From contig JARLHS010000111.1 in assembly GCA_031292115.1 (NCBI GenBank), positions 1 through 15,173 on the forward strand: DNA of 15,173 nucleotides, read 5' to 3'. Position numbers and translations under genes: made by a program. This document shows positions 13,456 through 15,173 of the stretch, piece after piece. The notes beneath the pieces are model-generated. The model saw nothing but the letters and a program-made list of their open reading frames with translations. It did not search any database and was not told where the DNA came from. The DNA comes from Clostridia bacterium (GTDB lineage: Bacteria > Bacillota > Clostridia > Oscillospirales > Ethanoligenentaceae). Each line of letters opens with the position of its first letter. Position 1 is the first letter of the stretch.

Positions 13456-14586
13456 TTGAGTTTCACAGAAGATATCATTATCAATATCTATTCAATCGTA
13501 TTACTGATCTTCATCAGCTTTCAATCCTTAAAAGACACAGAGAGAAAATTCCTGCAGCAGCGGCTTTTTTTCACGATATTGCAGGTTACTATTCTGATGC
13601 TGGTCGTAGATATATTCAGCAGATTTGACGGTAACCCCGGAACGATCTATTCTGTGATTAATTACATTGGGAATTTACTGATTTTCCTGCTCAACCCCCT
13701 CATACCATCGCTTTGGCTGCTTTATGCTCATTTCCAGGTGTTTCACGAAGAGAAAAAGACCAAGCACTTACTGTATCCGTTGCTTGCCATTGTAGCGATC
13801 AATACAATTGCAGTCGTTTTGTCACAAAAGTACGGATGGCTTTATTATATCGACTCAGGAAACATTTATCACAGAGGGCCGCTTTTCTGGTTCCCTGTTT
13901 TTATAACCATTGCCTTATCTGTTTTATCTTTTTTTGTGATTATGGCAAACCGTAAGCAGATTGAAAGAAAATACTTTTTCTCTCTTTTATTTTTCCCGGT
14001 TCCCCCTTTAGCTTGTATGGTTTTACAAACGATTTTTTACGGAACGTCACTGATGCTCAACGGCATTGCATTTTCCCTGTTTGTCGTATTTATAAATATA
14101 CAAAATCGCAGCATGAATACGGATTATCTCACAGGAGCATACAACCGTAAAAAACTTGAAGTCTATATGAACGAAAAAATCAATACCTGCTCAGCAGGCA
14201 GGACCTTCTCGGCTATCCTTATCGATTTCAATGATTTTAAATCGATCAACGACACCTTTGGCCATAATACAGGCGACCATGTGTTGGAGAGCTCTGTAAC
14301 GCTGCTTAAAAGCTGCCTGCGGACATCTGATTTTATCGCCCGATTCGGAGGCGATGAATTCTATATTATTCTCGATGTATCCGATAAAGAAGCTCTGGAA
14401 GCGACTGTTTGCAGAATCAACAGCTGCATTGAAAAGTATAATAAGCAGAGTAAAAACCCTTATCAGCTCAACTTCAGTATGGGCTATGCCGTGTATGACT
14501 ACCACTCCCATATGAGTGTTGAAAAATTTCAGAAATATATCGACGATCTCATGTATGAAAACAAGCGTGCCTTAAAAGAAATCTGA
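13456..14586 (+). CDS. membrane-integral diguanylate cyclase: uncharacterised 6-TM N-terminal domain plus GGDEF domain with intact A-site and I-site
   Basis: The N-terminal roughly 215 aa form six hydrophobic helices. The C-terminus has YLTGAYNR, DFNDFKSINDTFGH, RFGGDEF (codons 14341-14361), and RTSD (14320-14331) exactly 5 residues upstream of GGDEF, the RxxD inhibitory site. The gene is markedly AT-rich (about 35% GC by eye), unlike the left half of the window. Confidence 0.85.
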   Translation: MSFTEDIIINIYSIVLLIFISFQSLKDTERKFLQQRLFFTILQVTILMLVVDIFSRFDGNPGTIYSVINYIGNLLIFLLNPLIPSLWLLYAHFQVFHEEKKTKHLLYPLLAIVAINTIAVVLSQKYGWLYYIDSGNIYHRGPLFWFPVFITIALSVLSFFVIMANRKQIERKYFFSLLFFPVPPLACMVLQTIFYGTSLMLNGIAFSLFVVFINIQNRSMNTDYLTGAYNRKKLEVYMNEKINTCSAGRTFSAILIDFNDFKSINDTFGHNTGDHVLESSVTLLKSCLRTSDFIARFGGDEFYIILDVSDKEALEATVCRINSCIEKYNKQSKNPYQLNFSMGYAVYDYHSHMSVEKFQKYIDDLMYENKRALKEI

Positions 14587-14641
14587 CGGGGCGAGCCAGG
14601 GAACCGGCATTATCCGCTTCCTTGTAAGGTTTATGTCCCGC

Positions 14642-15173
14642 TTAATCTTCAGTGTATAGCCCCGACTTTTCCGATGCCTGCTTTAAAAAAGGCAGTTCTC
14701 TCTTTAAATCGGCACGGACACTTTTTTGCCAGAGGCATTCTCCCACAAAAAGGATTCTTTCCAGCCCCCGTTGACAGAAGACGGCCCGAACAAGTCTCCC
14801 GAAAGAATATATCCTCCGGCTGGCGTGGATGATCTCCTGCTGCAGGTCATAGGGGGAAATGTTTTCGGGATAGTGCACGACGTTTCCGGAATATTTTGAC
14901 CAGTCCGTATGGATCAGCCTGGCCTTATGCGTATCGTATACCGGTGTGCCGGGCACAAAATACATCGACTGTATGAGCACGCCGCAGATATGATGCTCAA
15001 TGACAAAATCGGCAAGCCGGTCGCCCACGCCCTTTGTGTGGTTATCAGCGCCTACGATAAACAATCCGCGTACGTGAAGACCATGCTTTTGTATATTTTC
15101 AACTGAACGTGAAATATCATGGTAAGTGCTTTTTTTGTGATACTTCTCAAACGCTTCATCTTCCAGAAATTCA
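14642..15173 (-). CDS. B12-binding radical-SAM family protein, C-terminal part; the gene continues beyond the window end
   Basis: Minus-strand frame is open from the window end to stop TAA at 14642-14644. The track truncates it at an internal TTG. Translation is ...EFLEDEAFEKYHKKSTYHDISRSVENIQKHGLHVRGLFIVGADNHTKGVGDRLADFVIEHHICGVLIQSMYFVPGTPVYD...DWSKYSGNVVHYPENISPYDLQQEI. The segments FIVG...FVPGTP and DWSKY..NVV..P.N.SP..LQ are typical of the C-terminal half of B12-rSAM (class B) enzymes. Confidence 0.65.
   Translation of the reverse strand, partial: EFLEDEAFEKYHKKSTYHDISRSVENIQKHGLHVRGLFIVGADNHTKGVGDRLADFVIEHHICGVLIQSMYFVPGTPVYDTHKARLIHTDWSKYSGNVVHYPENISPYDLQQEIIHASRRIYSFGRLVRAVFCQRGLERILFVGECLWQKSVRADLKRELPFLKQASEKSGLYTED

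Overview
This is a 15.2-kb chromosomal window from a high-GC Gram-positive (Clostridia-like) genome, and it has two compositionally distinct halves. Positions 1-7.5 kb are GC-rich (about 60-67% by eye) and carry housekeeping-type genes. On the minus strand are the 5' part of RNase R (it runs past the window start), secG, and a polytopic membrane protein with a C-terminal Cys cluster. On the plus strand is a tRNA-dihydrouridine synthase. A stand-alone ferredoxin-ASKHA (RACo-like) protein and an SPFH/band-7 protein follow. The next minus-strand operon encodes an 88-aa membrane protein, an unannotated 33-aa membrane micropeptide and an exported metallophosphoesterase. From about 7.86 kb the composition drops, locally to about 30-40% GC. 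An 800-bp AT-rich non-coding stretch holds near-consensus promoters and a 39-aa signal-peptide-like micro-ORF. After it come a small coiled-coil protein of the DUF4315 type and a plus-strand cluster encoding an enolase-superfamily dehydratase, a Gfo/Idh/MocA oxidoreductase and a cyclase-family (HxGTHxDxxxH) protein. On the minus strand downstream, a DUF1003 membrane protein gene is followed by a gene for a 72-aa HTH protein resembling sigma-70 region 4. A 350-bp intergenic region there is packed with inverted and direct repeats. The AT-rich membrane GGDEF diguanylate cyclase follows, and the 3' part of a B12-binding radical-SAM gene runs off the window end. There are no tRNA or rRNA genes, no CRISPR array and no integrase or transposase. 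All functional calls rest on my recognition of family signatures in the translated ORFs and on motifs read directly from the DNA. Nothing was searched against a database.
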